Shown in pieces: positions 33,037 to 37,820 of a stretch of DNA of 37,820 nt. The notes under the pieces are model-generated. The model did no database searches and was not told the origin of the DNA. It worked only from the letters and a program-made list of their open reading frames with translations. Each line of letters starts with the position of its first letter. Position 1 is the stretch's first letter. Source of the DNA: Octopus bimaculoides (Eukaryota); NCBI RefSeq assembly GCF_001194135.2, contig NC_068982.1, positions 172,858,023-172,895,842 of the forward strand, read 5' to 3'. Made by a program: the position numbers and the translations under genes.

Positions 33037-33038
<2 letters not shown>
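32804..33038 (-). mobile_element. Family C SINE
   Basis: TATAGGCACAGAGCC...GAATTTGAACTCAGAACG...GATTCTGCCAGCTTGCAGCCTT, followed by another (AAT)n tract to 33095. Confidence 0.88.
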
Positions 33039-33073
<35 letters not shown>

Positions 33074-33140
33074 TAATAATGGTAATAATAATAAATCTTT
33101 CAGGTACCTGTGTGCGAAGTTGATAGTTTCCAATTTTCAG

Positions 33141-33197
<57 letters not shown>

Positions 33198-33229
33198 AAT
33201 CCGTTCAACCTCATACATTGTCCCTCCTT

Positions 33230-33797
33230 NNNNNNNNNNNNNNNNNNNNNNNNNNNNNNNNNNNNNNNNNNNNNNNNNNNNNNNNNNNNNNNNNNNNNNN
33301 NNNNNNNNNNNNNNNNNNNNNNNNNNNNNNNNNNNNNNNNNNNNNNNNNNNNNNNNNNNNNNNNNNNNNNNNNNNNNNNNNNNNNNNNNNNNNNNNNNNN
33401 NNNNNNNNNNNNNNNNNNNNNNNNNNNNNNNNNNNNNNNNNNNNNNNNNNNNNNNNNNNNNNNNNNNNNNNNNNNNNNNNNNNNNNNNNNNNNNNNNNNN
33501 NNNNNNNNNNNNNNNNNNNNNNNNNNNNNNNNNNNNNNNNNNNNNNNNNNNNNNNNNNNNNNNNNNNNNNNNNNNNNNNNNNNNNNNNNNNNNNNNNNNN
33601 NNNNNNNNNNNNNNNNNNNNNNNNNNNNNNNNNNNNNNNNNNNNNNNNNNNNNNNNNNNNNNNNNNNNNNNNNNNNNNNNNNNNNNNNNNNNNNNNNNNN
33701 NNNNNNNNNNNNNNNNNNNNNNNNNNNNNNNNNNNNNNNNNNNNNNNNNNNNNNNNNNNNNNNNNNNNNNNNNNNNNNNNNNNNNNNNNNNNNNNNN
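33230..33797. other. Assembly gap
   Basis: Run of N. Confidence 1.
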
Positions 33798-34009
33798 ATA
33801 TATAGACGGATGGTTAGATTGGGGGAAGTGGTAGTGGTGTTAGCAGTGATAATTGAGATGGTGGTGGTGGTGGTGGTGGTGGCGGCAGTGGCCATGATGG
33901 TGATGCTTGTGATGTGTAGGCGGAGCAGAAATGAATTAGAACCCACTTCATTCAGACTACTGGAGTGAGAGAAAGACATAGCATTAGTTCCTAATAAAAT
34001 CATGATCAA

Positions 34010-34067
34010 GCAGTTTGATAACCATTACAATCATTATCATCATCGCTAGGGGGCTTTTCTACCGCCG

Positions 34068-34100
<33 letters not shown>

Positions 34101-36803
34101 CCACCATCATCATCATAGCTATTGTTTAATTTTACTATCAATCTCACTCCTTTTCTCTTCTTGCAGTCATCTCACTCACACCCACCACCCCCTCACTCTC
34201 TTTCTGCTTCTACTCCCACTCCTACTGCTTGTTTCTCATTCACTCCCTCTGCCTTTTCTCCTGACTCTTGCTTCTTCTCCACTCCTGCCATTTCTCTTTT
34301 TTCCAACTCCCACCGTTACTCGTTTTCCAACTCCCACCACTTCTGTTTTCCCCTCCCACCAATTTGCTTTCCTCACTCCCACTACATAACTTATCCAACT
34401 GTCACCGTCCCTCTTTTTCCCTTCATACTGCTTTCTTTATCTCTTTGTCTCCTGCTCATCTTTCTCTTCTCTTCTACTCTCCCTTCATCTTCTGCTCAGC
34501 CTTGCTCTCTCTCTCTCCCTCCTATTTTCTTCTCATTTTTCTCTTCCATGTGTGTGCATATCCCTTTGTCCATCACTTCTCTCTTTATCACCACCACCAC
34601 CACCACCATCACAACCGTTTCTTATACCTTTACCAATTCTTCATCTCTTGGAATTAAAAAAGAATGGAAAAAAAAACCCCAAATGAATTTCAAACAAGAC
34701 ACCTCCCCCACCAAAATAATATAGAATATATTATTAATAATAATAATAATAATAATAATGAATAAATATATTGCAAAGTATGGAATGTGTATGGTAGGTT
34801 TGTTTTTGTTTGTTTTTTTAAAAATTTTCCTTCCAATTTCTTTTTTTTTTTTTTTTTTTTTTTTACCTCTTGCTCTTTAAGAAGTCTTTTAAGCCTCTAA
34901 TCTCAATTCTCTTTCTCCCTGAACCCCCCCCCTCTCCTCTCCTTGGCTGCTGGTTCTTCGTTAGAAAAATTACAGTCAGTTTTGTTTTGCAAGATTTATC
35001 GATCACTTCACTTTTGCTTTACTGTGCATTTAGGAAACTGCTGAGCTGTCATTCTAGGAAAATGTATGTTATCAAAGCTCTGCATGCGTGCATGTGTGCA
35101 GGCATTGCATTGCATCATGCAGCATAACATATGCACACAACTTATTGATGCCATTGACTTGCTAGAGACTGATTACCATTTTTTTTTACTTCAGTTTCTT
35201 TATTTATTTCTCTTTTTTTTTTGCTTTTATTTCATTTAAATTTCGTAACCTTTCACTGTGTAACTGAAACTAGCTTAGTCTCATCATCATCGTCATAATA
35301 ATAATTGTTGTCCTTGTTTCTGTTGTCTTCTTCCTCCTCCTCCTCATCATCATCATCATCGTTGCCGTCGTCATTGATGATGTCTCTTCTTCTTCTTCAT
35401 CATCTTTCTTCCATCCATCCATCCATCCATCATCATCGTCGTCGTATGTGTGTAATAATCTCTTCGGAGCTGTATGAAAGAGAGCTAGTTGCAGGCGAAT
35501 GAGCCGCGTGTGCGTGTGAGCGTGGGCTTTTGTATGTTTGTGTATGAACGTTTGTATATTTATGTGCTGTCCTATGTCTGCCTCTCTCTCTCTCTCTCTG
35601 TGTATGCATGATGGACAATTCTTTCTTCCACTCTATCCCCGTCCCCGTCCACCCCCACCAGTGCTGCTGTACTATTTGTAGCCGCTGCTGTCGGTGTTGT
35701 GGGGAGGGAGTTCGGCAACAGCAGCACTGACTACTGCTGCTGCATCTGTTGTTGCTGTTGTTGCTATTAATAATACTCCTTTCATCTGATGCTGTTGGAG
35801 TTGCTGATGCTGCTTGTTCTCTTCAGCTGTTGTTGTTATTATTGTTGTTGTTATTGATGGTGGTGGTGGTGGTGATAATGATGCTGAATGCGGTGTAGTT
35901 GTTTTCGGTATGACTAGTGACTTTGTATAGTAGTTATTATAACGATGAGGGACATAGTTGTTGGGGGTGGGCATTTGTAGTGTCTGGTGGTGTAGGCTGA
36001 AGTTGTAGTAGTAGTAGTGGTGGCGGTGGTAGCGGTTATGATATTTGTGTAGTTGTAACTGCTGTAGTATTTAGCTCTAGTTGTAGTTGGTTTCACCGCC
36101 GTTAGTGGAAGTAGTGGCGTTTTTGCTGCTGCTGCAATTTTACGATAACGATGACGATGACGATGCTGATTATGATGCAGATTGCTCTAGATTGGTCTTA
36201 AAGAGAGCAAGGGTCGGATTAGTAGAAAAAGTTGAAAAACTGTGTTTGGATGATTGGATAGATAGATAGATGGATGGGTGGTTTGGATGGATTGCTTGTG
36301 AAAATGCATGAGATGAAAAGTTGATGAAAAGATGAGAATGATTTCCAAAAACATGAAGAGCAATGACATCGAGATTGTAAACAAAGGCAACAACAATGAT
36401 AGCTGCAGTTATAATGTTAATAATAATAATAATAATAATCATGAAAACAACAATGATAATAATAATAATGATAATAACAGTAACAACATGACAAACAGCA
36501 ACACGATTTATCTTAACAAAACCCAATGTGAAACTACCAGGCTTTGTATACTGCAAGTGAGGGAAAAAATTCTCAAGTATGTAAAATCCCAGCATCTTAT
36601 TTCTGTTGTTATTCGTGTTGATGTAGTTGTTGTTGTTGCTGTTTGTGGTGGTGGTGGTGGTGGTGGTGGTGGAGATGATAATGAGGATGTTGTGGCATTT
36701 TGTGTAGCATTTTTCCCATGTGGTACTTATAGTGGCAGCGGTGGTGGTGGTGGTGGTGCGTCGATGGCGGTGCTGTTGTTTTTGCATGGGTGGTGTGTTG
36801 TTG
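34010..36803. repeat. Extended low-complexity region: (CAC/CAT)n, pyrimidine-rich tract, poly-T, then GTT/GCT/GAT/GGT and (AAT/AAC)n mosaics
   Basis: Direct observation. Confidence 0.85.
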
Positions 36804-37203
36804 NNNNNNNNNNNNNNNNNNNNNNNNNNNNNNNNNNNNNNNNNNNNNNNNNNNNNNNNNNNNNNNNNNNNNNNNNNNNNNNNNNNNNNNNNNNNNNNNN
36901 NNNNNNNNNNNNNNNNNNNNNNNNNNNNNNNNNNNNNNNNNNNNNNNNNNNNNNNNNNNNNNNNNNNNNNNNNNNNNNNNNNNNNNNNNNNNNNNNNNNN
37001 NNNNNNNNNNNNNNNNNNNNNNNNNNNNNNNNNNNNNNNNNNNNNNNNNNNNNNNNNNNNNNNNNNNNNNNNNNNNNNNNNNNNNNNNNNNNNNNNNNNN
37101 NNNNNNNNNNNNNNNNNNNNNNNNNNNNNNNNNNNNNNNNNNNNNNNNNNNNNNNNNNNNNNNNNNNNNNNNNNNNNNNNNNNNNNNNNNNNNNNNNNNN
37201 NNN
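36804..37203. other. Assembly gap
   Basis: Run of N. Confidence 1.
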
Positions 37204-37243
<40 letters not shown>

Positions 37244-37482
37244 GCATTCACATTTTGTAATAATCTGCCATGCATGCATTTTCTAGATGCTGTGTGCGGC
37301 ATTTAAAGTGTAATGATGGTAGTATTTTTATCTTTCCTGAATGTGTGTGTGTGTGTGTGTGTGTGTATACATAGACATGTGCTGGTGTATATAAAGTGCA
37401 GCCGGCAGGGTTGTGGAACCCTGGTACAGGAATTCCAGGGTCTTGAGGTGTGTGAAACCACCTCTTAACCACTATATATATA

Positions 37483-37518
<36 letters not shown>

Positions 37519-37729
37519 ATGTGTGTGCGCATAGTACAGTGGTTTGGTGTGTGTGATCTTTATTCCAGTGAGTGAGTCTCAGTATTTTTGCACAAATGTG
37601 CTGTGCTTGTATTTTCTGGGATGCGTGAGTGAAAGTGTGTGTGTGTGTGTGTGTGTGTTTAGTCTATTTTGCTGAAAAGTAAAATGCAGTGCTTGTGTTT
37701 TCTAGGTATGTATGAATGAGTATTTAGGC

Positions 37730-37783
<54 letters not shown>

Positions 37784-37820
37784 GTGTGTGTGCATATATT
37801 TGTGTGTGTAGTTTCAGCTC
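37204..37820. repeat. (TA)n and (GT)n microsatellite-rich segment
   Basis: Direct observation. Confidence 0.9.

Noticed and set aside
600-33038. tRNA-like A-box/B-box motifs (GGTTCAGTCCC, GAGTTCAAATTCC)
   Set aside because: They are SINE heads continuing into SINE bodies. I could not fold a complete cloverleaf.
23080-33095. Repeat-spacer-like arrays as possible CRISPR
   Set aside because: Units are 150-290 nt diverged SINEs with microsatellite tails in eukaryotic DNA, with no cas genes
6549-36803. Low-complexity ORFs (6549-7109, 11544-11990, 21786-22356, 34015-34724, 35672-36096, 36332-36803)
   Set aside because: Stop-poor microsatellite or pyrimidine tracts giving poly-L/S/T/N/V peptides, with no supporting splice structure
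3456-37306. All long ORFs in the track (180-369 aa) that contain X runs
   Set aside because: They are open only because they cross N-gaps

Overview
AT-rich eukaryotic genomic DNA from a draft assembly, with 7 N-gaps totalling about 4 kb. It is dominated by microsatellites, trinucleotide mosaics and short retroposons. From recalled repeat sequence the source looks like an octopus genome (inference, not a database result). I sort the repeats into working families. A: ~400-nt tRNA-headed SINE with an internal (CA)n(TA)n tract. B: element with an AGGAAGGGCATCC core, internal ~65-nt subrepeats and a (GAT)n tail. C: ~230-nt tRNA-headed SINE with an (ATT)n tail, over 20 copies, often head-to-tail. 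D: ~200-nt unclassified repeat. There are also TTAA-flanked piggyBac-type MITEs and a few DNA-transposon or LINE remnants. No complete gene, RNA gene or CRISPR array is supported, and most listed ORFs are artefacts of N-gaps, microsatellites or SINEs. The best coding evidence is two phase-compatible + strand exon candidates (15024-15134, 16337-16407) of an unidentified gene, with weaker candidates downstream. The most interesting observations are a 76-bp diverged target-site duplication around one SINE, a perfect 20-bp intron/exon inverted repeat enclosing a splice acceptor (possible ADAR or splicing structure), a perfect 24-bp fold-back hairpin inside a SINE, and oppositely oriented SINE arrays. 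I found no convincing wholly new biological system.
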